From assembly GCA_000182565.2 (NCBI GenBank), contig KQ257456.1: 64,000 bases of DNA, one strand, 5' to 3'. The translations under genes were made by a program, and so were the position numbers. The notes under the pieces were generated by a model. It had not been told where the DNA came from and did not search any database. It saw only the letters and a list, made by a program, of their open reading frames with translations. Below, in pieces: positions 1 through 13,626 of this stretch (its first letter is position 1; each line of letters opens with the position of its first letter). The DNA is from Spizellomyces punctatus DAOM BR117. Taxonomy: Eukaryota.

Positions 1-202
1 CAAACAATCCGATCCGGAGAGAAAGTGATTGCACGACACCCATTCCCTGCACACCAACGTCGGCGTATTGCTCGAACCATTTTTGTTTGGTGAAGGTTAT
101 GGTCAAGCTCAAGGCAAAAGCTCCAAGTGCGACGAGAGCAAACAGGAGGGGAACGGAGCGTAAAAAGGTCGGTGGTCTCGATTGTTTTTCGAGCAGTGGC
201 AT
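1..202 (-). CDS. 5' end of a gene running off the window; N-terminal hydrophobic anchor, product unknown
   Basis: ATG at 202 opens MPLLEKQSRPPTFLRSVPLLFALVALGAFALSLTITFTKQKW... with no stop before the window edge. Confidence 0.45.
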   Translation of the reverse strand, partial: MPLLEKQSRPPTFLRSVPLLFALVALGAFALSLTITFTKQKWFEQYADVGVQGMGVVQSLSLRIGLF

Positions 203-1506
203 GACTGGTTTTTCCAAATAAGTTCAACTCAATCTCAACGCTGAGGGTAGACGGGATATTCCCCTTATTTTAAGCTAGATCCGTAAACTCAGCGAAACAA
301 GAGACGGAATAAAAATAATAAATCTAAGGCGAGAATCTAACAAGAAAGCTCAGGAGCAAGAAAATGACAAGAGGATGCTTGCTTATGAGCTCAGCTGTTG
401 ACGCGCATCCACCTCCACCAATAAAGAAAAAAAAGAGTCTATGAACGGAACCCTCGCCCCAATGACACCCAAACCCCCCCAGTTCCCAAGTGTCCTTTTG
501 AACACTTCTTTCAATCGATGAGCAACCATTTCAAAACAAAATAAAACGCGCTGTTTGGAGTCATTACGTGATGCTGGTTGATTCGGTTTGTTACTGATTG
601 GAATGTGAGATCATTCTGATTTCACTCTTTTAACACCTTTTTTTTTTACAGACACTAACTGTTCTCCACCATACAAACGTACGATGATGAGGAAAACGAC
701 CCACGGGTGCCTCAAGTGACGTTAGAAGGTCGTGTGAGTTGCAAGGATTTGGGCTGTGCTAGAATTATTTCCGATGGGTGGGATGAACGACATTAAAGTG
801 GAGGTGTTCATCATCAAGACGCACTTGCATCGTATTAGTATTTTTCCTACTATGTGCAGCGCCACAATATCATTTTACCACAGCAACTACAACGCTGTGA
901 GGCAATGTGCATTCCGTGATGGAAGAACCTACACAAACCACATTCCAAGATAAGTTCCAAACTTGACCATATCCTGTGCGTGAAACAAGCTCTGCGCGCC
1001 GCCAAGCCCATTGCGTGGTTTCATGGCCACAATCACACCTCTTGCTATGCTGAGATAATGCAAATGCAAAGTAGATTAGAACGTGGTCTCACCGTTGGCA
1101 GAAACGGTTGCAGATCATTCCCTTTTTGCTGAAATCGGTTTTGGGCTTGGCTTCGACAACTTGAATGTGCACGAAGGTGGTGGGATCTATATGGAAAGAT
1201 ATTTAGCGATCCAAGAGATCTTTTTTTCGTTTTTTGACGTGGGGCCCTCCAAGATCTCTATGTGTGCTCGTAGGGCCTTTTTTTTGTACCTGAAATGCCA
1301 CTGGTCTTTCCTTGACCCTTGGCGAGTCCCTTTCAACTGCAAATGAACTGCAGGATGGACTGTCACCTGACTGATTACATAAAGATTACTCTATCTTTAC
1401 CATTCGAATGCATTCTTGTCTCACTCGTTGATTCTCACTTTGCACTGCCTCGCCGTTTCGCTTTCTTTGCTGCCAATGCCATTCCACTGCTGAAAGCGGC
1501 CAAACA

Positions 1507-3211
1507 ATGTGCCCACCGCATTTGCTGCGGCTAGCTTTAGCTCAAGACCCTGCTCTTCGAACATCCCGCTATCTCCTCAGACTCGCCACATATGTCTCGA
1601 CGTCCACAGAAGCAGACAAGCAACTCCGCACAAGCCACGCTCGGTTTCTTCCCCACTTTTTCAAATGGTCACCTTTAGCCCTTACCCAAAGCTTTCCCCT
1701 ACGTGCATCAACACATTTACGTCAGAGTTCTGTAGCCTATCACTGCATTCACGCTAGAGAGCGACATGGATTTGCTTCAACAATACACCTACCAAAATGT
1801 GAATGGAGCCCAAAGCTACATATTGCACAGAAACGTTTTGTTGGAACGTCAAAGAGGCGCTTTCATGCCACACCGATAGCTTCCAAGACTCTGTTGACGG
1901 GGGCGATTGTAACGGGGTTCTTTAAACTTGCGAGGACTGTTGTGACCGCCTTGCCAATTCTCTGGAGATGGCAATGGTTCAAGAGGTAGAGAATACCGAA
2001 AGCCGTGGATTTGTAACGGAGGGACTAACACTCGTTTCTTTGTTGCAGTTATCCACGTACCATGTGGACAATGGCGGCTTTACCTGTGGTTGGCGTTGTT
2101 GCGTTGGTTGGTTTGGCTTACGAAGAGCATCCGTTTACGCAGGTTGGCATCCATTGATTCAAGTTTTATTTGCGGTGTCTATCAACGAGTTAACCGGCAT
2201 ATTATTTCTTTAGCGATCACGCCTAATGTTTATTGATGAGCCTACCGAACTCCAAATGGCCGAGTCCAGCTATCCCCAACTCCTTTCCCGATACCAAAAG
2301 CTCTTCCTACCCGCGTCGCATGCTGATTACACATCTATCAACGAAATTGCCACCTCTCTCCTCGATATCGTCGGTCCTATACGCGACTGGCAATTACACG
2401 TCGTCAAAGACGACGATGTTGTTAATGCCTTTGTTACACCCACCGGCAAGATTTTCGTTTTTACAGGTCTCCTGCGAATGGCCGACGATCCGGATGCCGT
2501 TGCAGCAATTTTGGCTCATGAGCTGGCTCATGTGTTATCTAGACATGGAGCGGAGAAGATGGGATTTCAGTATTTGGCGAGGCTGGGCTGGGATTTTGTA
2601 CACTCGCTGTTGTATACTTTTACATTGAATTTACCCATGCTGGGGGATTTGGCGGGACGAGGTGTTGATGCAACTAAGGATATCTTGAGTTCTTTGCCGT
2701 ATTCGCGCATGGTAGGTTAATCTCAAAGCTTTTTGACGGGCATATCTGGGGTTGACGCAGTTTGCTTTCCTTGCAACAGTGCGAAAAAGAAGCCGATGCC
2801 ATTGGCCTGTACTTAATGTCTATTGCCGGATACAATCCACGTGCAGCCGTCTCCTTCTGGAATCAGCTCTCCACCCATGACCCATCTACGCCAACATTCG
2901 AATTTCTTAGTGACCACCCCTCTCATACCCACCGAGCCGAGGATCTCAGAACCCACCTTCCCGCTGCGCTCAAAATCTTTCACGCCCGCCAACACATTGC
3001 AATTGAATTTGAGCAAGCCCGCCTGAGCTCTGCCAAACGCGTCGAAGGTGTGGGGAAGCACCATTGGCATAGCATGGACGAATTGAACCGAGAACTGTGC
3101 AGAGTTTTGAATTCCTACGCTGGCCGACCCCTTTTTGGAGAGGAAACGTTTATTGAGAAAAGTTTGGAGGTTTTGGAGAGCGAGGATATCAAAGGCGTTG
3201 CGGCTGCGTAG
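1507..3211 (+). CDS. OMA1: Mitochondrial M48 metalloprotease OMA1-like (multi-exon)
   Basis: VNAFVTPTGKIFVFTGLL, HELAH (HExxH), YSR..EKEADAIG and FLSDHPS motifs across ORFs 2226-2720 and 2762-3211; basic presequence-like N-terminus. Confidence 0.9.
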
Positions 3212-3573
3212 CCCACCTATTATTTTTGTAGGGTTTGTATAATTTTGGTTAGTTACTCTGAATGAAGGTTTGGACCAACATGGGCTGTTTTATGGATCAA
3301 GAGATATGGCAGAGATATGCTACATAGTACTGTTGACGTGACCGAAGACAAAAATACAACATTTCTGCATCCATTCGCTATAGCCATAAATAACGAAGCA
3401 AACTTTGCAGGAAAGTAGCTTTTCTTTTTTATGTATCTCTGGATACGGAAACGTGTCACAGAATGCCCCCACCGGCTTAGCGTCTATAACCGAGGTATAT
3501 ATCCCTTCTCTCTAACTAACAGCCTCAACATACTTACAAGCTCCCCTCTCATCAACATATACAGCCAACCCAA

Positions 3574-4826
3574 CTAACGCCACTTTGCAGAGTAAATCTT
3601 CGTAACCTCTACGTCTGTTTCATCCGATTGATCCACCAAACTACGCACCCACGACCACGCACCGGACCACCACGACACGACCTCTTCAGCAGTCACTTCT
3701 CTCCCAACGCCTGCTTGGTCCTCACCAACTTCTCTGACAATCGCATTGATAATCCACGCTATGCGCACGCCAGCCTGTAAAACCCCCAACTCTGCCTCAT
3801 CAATCACATTGTCATAGTACTCGCGGCCTAAATCCCATTTCGAATTATCCTTGTGTTGGTCGTAAGGCGGCCAGACGACTTCGCAGGCTGTGAGTGCGGA
3901 ATGCGTGGCCCAGTCTTCGGGACAGACGGGAATGGAGGAAGGAATGGATGAGTGGAGGAGAAGAGTTTTCGGGAGCGAACATCTGGCCCAGGAGGGAAGA
4001 GAAGGTGACCAGGTTGTGGCCAGTTCAGTGAGCAAGTGGGTTGCGTAGGTGTTGACACTGCTTGAAAAGTCCTTTCTAATGCGTTTCTGTGGAGGATACA
4101 TAAAGGGTCAATATAGGGAACCCTGCTAAAAGGAACGTCACGAACAAACCTCAAAAAGCATGTAATCCCAAACCTCATGCAAACTCGTCACCCGCCCATC
4201 AAACACAACCTTCACCTCCGTTCCACCCGCATTCCTCCCGGACGCATGTAAAGGCTGATGCACATCCCCAATAAAGTGTATCAAAAACTTTAGCGCCTCT
4301 TCTTTCTCTTCCCTCGTGTACTCTGGTGAGAGTAGGCGACTCGTATAATTGTATATTCCGCCCACAACGCACTGGGTGCATGAATTGGCGGGGATGGGGG
4401 TGCACGGCACCGGAGGGTTGATGTAGTGTAGACGGTCTGCCCAGTCGTACGTATGACCATGCTTAATTTCTATATCAAGCGTAATAAGAAGATAGCACAG
4501 ATCAAACGTGGTGCGTAGTCAAAAGAGAGGTACCGTCAGCCCACAATGCTGCCTTGGCTAGGTTGCCGTTATGATGCGGAAGGAGGTATCGAACGTATTC
4601 TATCGCTTCTGATGTCAAACATTGCTGGGCTAACCATCCTGTCATCCAATGACCTGTTCATTTCATGCGATTAGATAATGCAATAAAAAAAACATGCGAA
4701 AAGCTCCAGCAGCAGTCCATTCGAATATCAAGCTTTAGACGTACCTACTCGGCCATACCCATCCACCACACTCACAAATCCAACTCCAAGTGCCATCCAA
4801 ACGAGCAAGCTTGTCCAGAAGTGCAT
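3574..4826 (-). CDS. Secreted S1/P1 nuclease (multi-exon)
   Basis: Signal peptide from ATG 4826, then YGRVGH, AALWAD, ALKFLIHFIGDVHQPLH, LHEVWD and AGVRIAWIIN motifs. Confidence 0.9.
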
Positions 4827-5553
4827 TATTTCGTTTCTCTCGACAGTTTGCAGTGAATGCTTATTCCACTTCGGAACACACAACAAAAAGCAAAGGAAAA
4901 CAAGTCAAAGTATCTTTTATACCTCCTCCCCAAACTTTAAAATAACTCGGATTTGCCACCAATCCACCCAAACTACGCAAAAAAAAGAAAACCTCATTCC
5001 ATATCTTCATTTTACCTTATCCCTTCATCGCGTAAGCCATTAATTGTCTTATCACGGGATTTGCACGTTGCCGTTGCGGTGGTAAGGCGAGCAGAATGAA
5101 ATGCATGCCATTTGTTAGTTTGTCGTTTTTTGATTTGTAACGGATATGAAGAAAAGCAGCATTTTACTGCTCATGATGAACAGCAATGGTTCATAGTGGT
5201 AATCATGTACGATAAGAGCATCCACGAAAATCCCGTCAACTCTTGAATTTTGGACTTTTGAATATGATGCCTTGTTATGCCTCGTATTGATGAAGGGCTG
5301 CCTTCTTTTCTTGCCACAATTTTACACCCCATGCACTGACACATATGAGATCCCACTTTGCAAGTTCCTGCAAGGATCAAAAGGAATCCGGCAAGCCTGT
5401 CTTCAGGCTGAGACCAGCACCGGATTGCGTGCCAGGGGATTAAAGCCCTACCCAAGAACCAAGTGTTGACGAACGCGTATAACGTAATCACGCCGACCTG
5501 TGGATTCGTCGTCGTTGGATTCGCTATCAGCTTCTCCTTGTCACGTCCATCCA

Positions 5554-7356
5554 ATGACACTCATCCCGATCACAACCCCACAGCCGCCAGCACCTAGCAT
5601 CCGAGATTCTACCACAAGGATTCTTTCCATCTCGCTAGTCCGTACTTACCTCTCTGATCTACGTCTCAAAAAGACTGTCAAAGTCCTGTTGCACGAGCTA
5701 TCGGAACAACAGGGCGTTGCTGCGAACGAGCTTGGGATTTTAAAGCGAAGGGAGGTCGAAAGGGCATTGGGATCAAGACCAAAGGAGGAATTTTTGTTGG
5801 AGACGTTAGTTGAGCTCGCTAGGGCGAACGGTGTGGCAGGGAGGGCAACCTCTGATAGCCAACCAGATACCATGAAAAGCGGTCACATTGCGGAACGATC
5901 ACGAATCTCGTCTGAATCTCTGTCGGCGCCAACTTCTAGAGTGAAGCAAGTTGCAAGCCGAAAGCCGATGAGCACTCGAATTGAAATTGCCAGTCCTCCT
6001 TCACCGAGATCGCCAATGAGATATGATCCATCCCCAAAGCAAACATTAAATAGTACCCAACACTTTGCCCGCAAGTCCTTGACCCACCAAGAATTCGCAT
6101 CCAGTACGCAATCAAGACAAAAAGACTCGACGAATGTCGACATGCATAGTTCAAAGCCGATCAATTCGGATCGTCGCCCGGGATCAAAACCACAACGCCA
6201 CAACGCCAACGACATTGAAATAACCTCCATTTCACCAACCCACTCTGATACAGAGCTCGATTTCAACCCTTTGTCCAACCCTCCTCCCCTTCCAACCAAC
6301 CCGACCCCTCTCACACACGCAGAGTCCCAAACCCTCCACAACTTGCTTTGGGATCGTCAGAAACCCCCACCAGCGTGGTTAACAGCTACATTAACCCTCA
6401 ACACGAACCCATCCTTGCCCTATGGACTAGTCCAGACTAAGGGCGGCCCATGCGGCGTGCTGGCGGGAATTCAAGCTAGCTTAATAAAAGTTTTAGTGGA
6501 GAGAGGCAGAGATGTGTGCCGGGTCTCGAGGAAGGAAGCCGAGGAAGCACTTTGGAGGGGCGTCGCAGAGGTGCTGTGGAGGGCAGGTGGTGAGAGGTTT
6601 GGAAGAGTCGTGGTTGGGATGTGAGTAAATATTCTCGAGTCATTGACATTTCGACATTATTATTCAAATGAGGCAAAACTAATCCAATCTCTTACCAGCC
6701 TCCAAACCCCAACACCAACTCCTACACCTCTCAACCTCACCCTCCACACCCTTACAACCCTGCCCAATCTTACCATCTTTCTCATTCACCACCGACCACA
6801 CCACCTCCTCCCCCTCCTCTACTCCCTCCTCCTAACTCACACACCCACCCTCCTTCAAACCGAAATGGACGACCCCTCCACACCCCTCATCGCTACGCAT
6901 GGTTACTGCACACAAGACCTTGTCAACCTCATCTTAACCGGTCAAGCTGTATCGAACGTCTTCAACGGTACCCAACAAACAGATGGATATGTCATGAAAG
7001 GTGTACAAAACACCCCACCGACAGGATTCTTATCCCTGTTTGAATCGTACGGGACCATCCGCGTAGGCTCTTTTTATAAATTTCCAAAATATCCCATTTG
7101 GACCATCCACTCTGAATCTCATTACACGACCCTTTTCTCACCGACTGCCTTGGATGAATATCAAAAGACGTTGGAATTGATTTACTATGATGGATTGGCG
7201 AATCAGGATGGTGAGATTCGTATTCGGGTGATTTGTGGTGAAGGCATTGTGGATAGCGAACATGACACCGAGTTGATACCGCCGCTTGAGAGGTGTGTGA
7301 GAACAAGATGGAAAGGTGCCCGGGTAGAGTGGGTTGGGTGTGAACCAATTCTGTAA
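5554..7356 (+). CDS. MINDY4: MINDY-3/4 family deubiquitinase (FAM188B/MINDY4-like)
   Basis: GLVQTKGGPCGVLA (catalytic Cys), HGYCTQDLVNL, PIWTIHSESHYT (catalytic His), YYDGLANQ and PPLERCVRTRW; one intron near 6621-6698. Confidence 0.88.
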
Positions 7357-7605
7357 TCAGTGCACAATCAGATGTGAACGTTGATCCGTTCATTCATGAC
7401 ATCCTGGCCAAGCGCTGTAGTAACTCACTCAATTAAACAATGCAATGGCACAAAAACTATCCTTCAAATAGTACACGTAAATATATATGAAATATGTGGC
7501 AGCCCAAATCAGCACCAAGCCTCAAAAAACATATGTACACAAAACTAACGCTAAATCAAAAAGTCCAGTAGCGGACGAGTCGTAATCATATCCACCGCTC
7601 CGTAA

Positions 7606-9925
7606 CTAAAAACTACACCCGGAAGATAATACATCAAATAAATTACTACTAGCTCTCAGGCCTCCTTGGCCAACAGTCTTCTCATTCCCTTTGGTCTTTA
7701 TTCTCTTCTTTTTCTTCTTGCCACTCACGCCGCCATAGCTCATAACTCTTTCCACACAGTCCTCTAATCCCTCCACGACGGCCTCAAAAACTTGCCTATA
7801 GAGCCCAAGTCTCTGCTCATCGGCCTGCTCATGGCCATCACCACAAAGTAATCGCACATGCTCCGCACCACCCTTCGCCAACTCTATGCATCGATGAAAC
7901 TCCTGGCCGTCCAAACAGGTCCAATGTCCAGTTAAAAAATCGTTGTGGTGAATCAGTGGATGTAATAAGGATTGTGCGAGAATCAGAGAGGAAAAAAGAA
8001 AGACTTCCATTTGAGCCAACCGGTGTAATGTGAGAGGGGTTGATGCGGCTCCGGTAGCCATGTTGGTGGTGGGCATTGGCAAATTCGATTCGCTCTGAGC
8101 CCGGGAATATGACACGAGCCCTGCGCTGACCAGTGCAACCAGTTCGTAATTGGCTAGGGGTTGCCCTCGAGCGGATAATTCTGAGATCATGCTACGCACG
8201 CTGATAGCAAGGGGACGAATTCCTACAGGCAAAGATCGTATCTTGTCGGTGTCGGATTTGAGGATACGTAAATGCATCGCTTCCCGTGCCGAATCAGACA
8301 GGCTCAATAGAGTGTGTTTCGAGTCGCTGCCGGTTACGCTGATTGACAGAGTTTTCAACTCATCCCACGCAACAGGTTTTACGTTCTCTGCAACCAGTCG
8401 TTCTCCACGTCGAAGGTATTCCTTGACCAAGAGGTTACCTCTCACGTAATCTACCCATAACTGCTCGTCGACTGGTAAGCCTTCCCAAAGCGACTTGCTA
8501 TCCGGTTGATTTTCTCTGCTTTGCTCCGTAGACCAACTGATCAACGCATAGGCCCATCTCCGTAGAGGGCGTGCTACTTCCCATGCAGCGGCTACAAGTT
8601 GTAATAGAAGGACGTGTCAGTGCGAACAATGCGGCAGAAAATGGCTGTGGAAAACACCTCACCCCGCCCAATGTCTTCCAAAAAAGGCGAGCACCAGAAT
8701 ATGCGCTGGGTGGCTACCTCCACTAGTTTATGATTAAACCCTCCTGTGCGATACAGCATGGTAATGGTAGCTGACGCTGCTGGCGGAATCGGGAGTGTTT
8801 TCTCATTCAACCCAATATATTGCGCCACCGCGAACTTCAATTCCGCGCCGACCTCTATCGCCGACCCGGCAGGGACATGTCTGGACATCAACATATCAAT
8901 GGCAGCCAATGGGTCGGCTAGATCATTCAGTCCGCTCAACAGTTTCACCACATGCTTTATCCGTGCATGTCCCTTCTTCGCGCCAAGGATCTCTTGCATA
9001 GCACTGGCACGATCGCGACGAGAGGTGTAATCACAGCCGACCAAGGCAGCCAACGCCGGCAGCAAACTCGGGCAAACTCCAAGTGATTCTGCAACTCTTG
9101 GGCGGCGAAAAAGCTGAGCATGCAGGACGTCTTCGTTGACACGCAGGGTGTTCAAAGGAATGTAGCCAAGGAGGGGCCGACTGGACGAGGAAACTTCCTC
9201 TTGCGAACAACGGTCGGGATCTTCAAGCAGATGAACAAAAAAGTCGCTATCGAGGCTGATAACTGGAGCTGACTGAGTGCGAGCCATCTGAGCAAGGGCT
9301 ACATCCGCTTCCCTTTGCGGAACGATGATGGGGATATCCATTTCGCGGAGTTGATTCATTAATGCCGGAATGGCAAGAGGTGGTAAGAGGGTAGCAGCTA
9401 CCGGTGAAGAGGTAGCGGATATGGCACCCAACGCTCGTCGTTTGACTACCTCGGCCATGACTGTGCTGATTCGTGATATCTTTTCGGCATCTCGACCGAT
9501 ACGTTCATCAATCTTATGCACAGGGAGGACTCCATCGAAGACAAAGGTCAACCGAAAGCCAGCTCGCTTGAAGATTTCAACTTGCTTGCCAAGGACTTTG
9601 GCTAACAAATGGGGACGAGCTGCGTACCCAAGTGTTTAGGACTACGAAATCAAATTGACATGCAAACAGTGAATCAGCCAACCTCCTTGCGCCCAGCTGA
9701 TCTCCTTGGCAACATGATGCGCTGATATATAACAACGATTGGTGAATTCCTCATTCGCAAATATCGTCCTACACACAAGAGCTCACCGTAGGCATGTCCG
9801 TCAACAAAAACGACCTGTGAAGCGTCTTCCTTGTCCACACTTGCAGGTCCTAGTTGCCATTCCAAATGTTCACCGGGAGAAGGCTGCAGTTGTTGCACAT
9901 AAGACGCAAGACCGGTCACACCCAT
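7606..9925 (-). CDS. Asteroid-like XPG/PIN-domain nuclease family protein
   Basis: MGVTGL start, VFVDG, FVFDG, EAD..LA, SLDSDFF and LAALVGCDY motifs; alternative ATG at 9943. Confidence 0.82.
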
Positions 9926-10193
9926 CAGAGACCTTATGCCCACATGTGTCTGTTCATGTCCTATAAAGGAACAGATCGGAGTGGGGATGGAAATGGTGTG
10001 TCATCTTTGTTGCTATAGTAATGAGGGTTCAGAGTAGCAGTGCAGATTGGGTTGATAAATATTAAGCATTTCCAAGTCCATCTCCCAGAAATAAGAGTGG
10101 GTTTTATGCTGCCCTTAGCAGAGATCCATGGATAGAATGTCAAAAGCTTGGGATTGCTCATCCTACATACACAACTCCATAGGTCTACGGTAG

Positions 10194-11397
10194 TTATTTC
10201 TTTGATTTCCTGCAACATAAGACGGGATCAGAGCGGTTCAACGGCTTGCCGAGCACCACCCTCGAGTCTTCCACTGATATGCTGGAAGAAGTACTCACTT
10301 GGCTTCAGCCTCTTTGACTTTATCCTGGTACGAATCAGATCTCATCACATCAAGGAACGCCTGTACATTGTTGTCTTCCAATATATCAGCCAGAAACGGG
10401 TACCAAGGATTTTTGTACAGCTTTAACACCGATCCTTCGCTTTCCAGCGGTATGGTGGCAAAGCTCTTTGGAAGTGACTTGAGCTTGTTGCCTTGGAGGA
10501 GACAGTATTTTAGAGACTGGAGGTTACCAATCTCGTCGGGAAGGGAGGTCAGGTCGTTGTTACAGAGAACAAGCTGGGCACCCAAGTCAGCGCTGTGAGT
10601 AATAAAACTTTGAACCGATAATACATACAGTTGCGAGTTGTGTCAATTTGCCAATTTCTGCGGGTAATGTCTCAAGATGGTTGTCAGACAGATGGAGGGA
10701 TCGAAGCGTTGCTAGAGCCAAGACAATATCAGCCAGAATGGAAATGTAGGAGCCAAAGGAGAAAGCAACGTACTCAAGAACCCAAAATTTGGCGATAGTT
10801 CTTTGAGCTGGTTACAACTCATATCCAAAAACACCAGACTGGGACAACTTCCAAAACCCTGCGGAAGTTCATAGATAAAGTTGTGACTGGCAGACGCATA
10901 ACACAGAAAACAAGATCGATTGAGTACCCTGCACTGCATCTGGAACTAACGCAAGGCCAACAACACACAGTATTTACCCCATTTTACCTTGCCGTCAAAA
11001 ACTTTAGCGTTCTTATACCGTTAATTGTTTTGGGCAGTTCACCCAGCTTATTCCCAAACACAGTGAGCATCTCGAGGTTTTTGAGACGGACAATGTTTTC
11101 CGATACATCTGACAATCCGTGATTGTCTCAGATCAGTCCAGGTAAACCGGGTGCAGCTAGAGGATTGAAGCACCAGTTTCAAGCTTACCAGTCAGCCGGT
11201 TATGAGCCAAGTTGAGTCGGGTCAGAGATTCAACCTCCACTTTCGAATTGAAATCCATCAGAATATAATCAAGGGCAGCAGCAAAAGGATACGAGCTCAC
11301 ACAATTCCGCGGGAAGATGCTTCAACCCTTGCTCATTGAGGTCTAATGCAGTAGCATTGCTTGCTCGTGCATTTTCGATGATCGTTTTCAAACCCAT
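10194..11397 (-). CDS. RSU1: Leucine-rich repeat protein, Ras suppressor RSU1-like (multi-exon)
   Basis: About 7 LRRs collinear with RSU1 as I recall it: LPQGFGS.PSL, LRSLHLSDN, LPAEIGKLTQL, NDLTSLPDEIG, QGNKL, NPW..LAD, RSDSY; a tiny last exon gives KKSKK*. Confidence 0.75.
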
Positions 11398-11640
11398 ACT
11401 TGCGGTTGGTCTACCCTGCACTCAACGACGCCGACACGTCCGAGGAACAGCAATCGTGATTATGTCAGCAATATCTTGCCCACTGAAGCAATCCAAATAG
11501 ATGTCTTTTTACAAAACAACAGAAAACCAAGATACATGCACCATGTCGAAACTACAATATCACAAGAACTTAAACTCCTGAGACCTTGACCCATAAACGC
11601 CACTATTCATCAATGGACCACCCAATGTAGTATTCCGTCT

Positions 11641-12867
11641 TCACTCGTGCTTCTTGACCTTGCCCTTTGCTTCTTCAACCTTCATCCTCGCTCTCGCTGC
11701 CGCCGTGTTCAAATAGATTGACAGGCTGTCTGTTATCTTGTGAGTATGCTTCGCAAAGGCATCTGATGCCGTGTGAAGGTAGGTGTCAATCTGTGCCCTA
11801 TTCGCGAGGTATAGGCGTGGGGTCGCGAAAGTGAGGATCACCGCTGAGAGCATGGTTAGCAAATCTGTAGGTGACCATATGTAGTTAACTGGTGTGCAGA
11901 CGTACCAGTATAAAAAAGTGTGCTGGAAGAAATATATCCAGAGAGCAGGTAGACGAATCCAGTGAAGAGAAGAGCCTGTACACGAAGAAAGAACATGAGA
12001 CTCTACGACTGTTGCCAAAATCCAAACTAACAAACCTTTGCAGATCGGACATTATCATCTACAGCAATAATGCTAGCCACGTAGGAGAAGGCCAAGTTGA
12101 TCGTGTCCACAACGAAATCAACCCAGTCTCGAACAAGATTACGATTGACTGGCTGGCGATTTGCATGGTCCAAAAACCACCTGCAAGGACATTAGTATCC
12201 ATATTTTGGGTTTGACACACTAAATTCATTAAACTTACATGGTAGGAGGCTTTTTGACACCACCATGTTGCTGCACATTCACAAACAAACTCCCACTATA
12301 CACCCACAAGTTGACAAAAACCATGTTGGCAAAAGTCGCTGAAGCCAGCAGGAAGGATAGAATGCGAATCGGAGAGTAGTGAGTCAAGGCGTAGTTGAGG
12401 GAAAGTAACGTTGAAACAGCAGCCAGGGAGTAGAGAGGGCGCTCCCAGAGAAGCAGTGAGCGAACTAGACAATCATACATTAGCCATTCAAGTATTCAAT
12501 ACATTAATACAGACAAACAAGAGCTTACTGTAGGACTTCACATAGACAGACTTATCCGTCGTGACTTTGCACAACACACACGAGTCAATAACGCTGCTCC
12601 CCATAACAATTACACAAACGCCAACTCACCACCACCTTCAGTAACTCTTGCTTTTCCACCTCCTACATCATGGTGGACAGCCATAGGCGTTGAAACGGTT
12701 GTATCAACATTAGAATCCATTGTTCTCAAGTCCTCCTTTGTAGCAGAATTAGGATTGGCTCCTGGAAAAATATCCTGAATTGTTGGTGGAAGCGCACTGG
12801 TTGCAGTGGAATCAGTATCTGTTGCGTTTGCAGAAAGAAAGTGCGAATCGGTCGAGACGTCAGACAT
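11641..12867 (-). CDS. Reticulon-like protein (multi-exon)
   Basis: LLLWERPLYS motif, two long hydrophobic segments, and C-terminal FATPRLYLANRAQIDTYL. Confidence 0.8.
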
Positions 12868-13626
12868 GAATAAGAAAAAGAAAGGTTGGGGGTGTCGGTA
12901 GGTTTTTATTCAGTTTTGTTTTTCTTTGAAATGGCTATGACTCTCTTGTGTTTGTGAGTGTTCACGTTACCTTTTGGTTAAAAGGGGGGGCAAACATCCG
13001 TTCACTTTTTGAACACTTGTTCATTACGCGATGCGCGTCATTACGTGTGTGTCAAGGGTTAAGTGGGGGGGAGGCCATGTTTGCGTCATGTTTATCCACC
13101 CCGATATGATTATTACGGCGTACAGTATAGTGTACTGACAAAATAACCTTTGTGAAGAGGTAGTCTTGGGTAGTTGGAGTGTGACGCCCTTTGATAGCGC
13201 AAATGCCCAGATTGGACATGTAGCGGAATACTTGGAGAGATACGTTGTGATCAATGCTTGCCAATTGTAGTAAACCAGATTAAAGCAAAGGCAGTGACGG
13301 GGACTTTGTTAGAGATTATGGTTACCTTGCAGACGTTTCAATACTTACCAACAATTAAGATCACAAACAAAATGAAGACCTAGAAGGGCAAAGGGCTGGC
13401 AGTGGGACGGGAACTCATCAGTTGCCCCACACTTGGATCTCAGTGGGTCACGTGCCTTGCTGTGCCATTTGGCGGAGAACGAGCAAGCTTCCGACGAAAT
13501 TCGTTTGGTTTTTCTGACATTTACAGATCCTTGTCAATATTGCCATAACAGCGCCTCAAGAAAGCACCGTCAACAGCCACCTTGACACACTGGACACTTT
13601 TTTATCAATCGAACGTCAATCACAGC

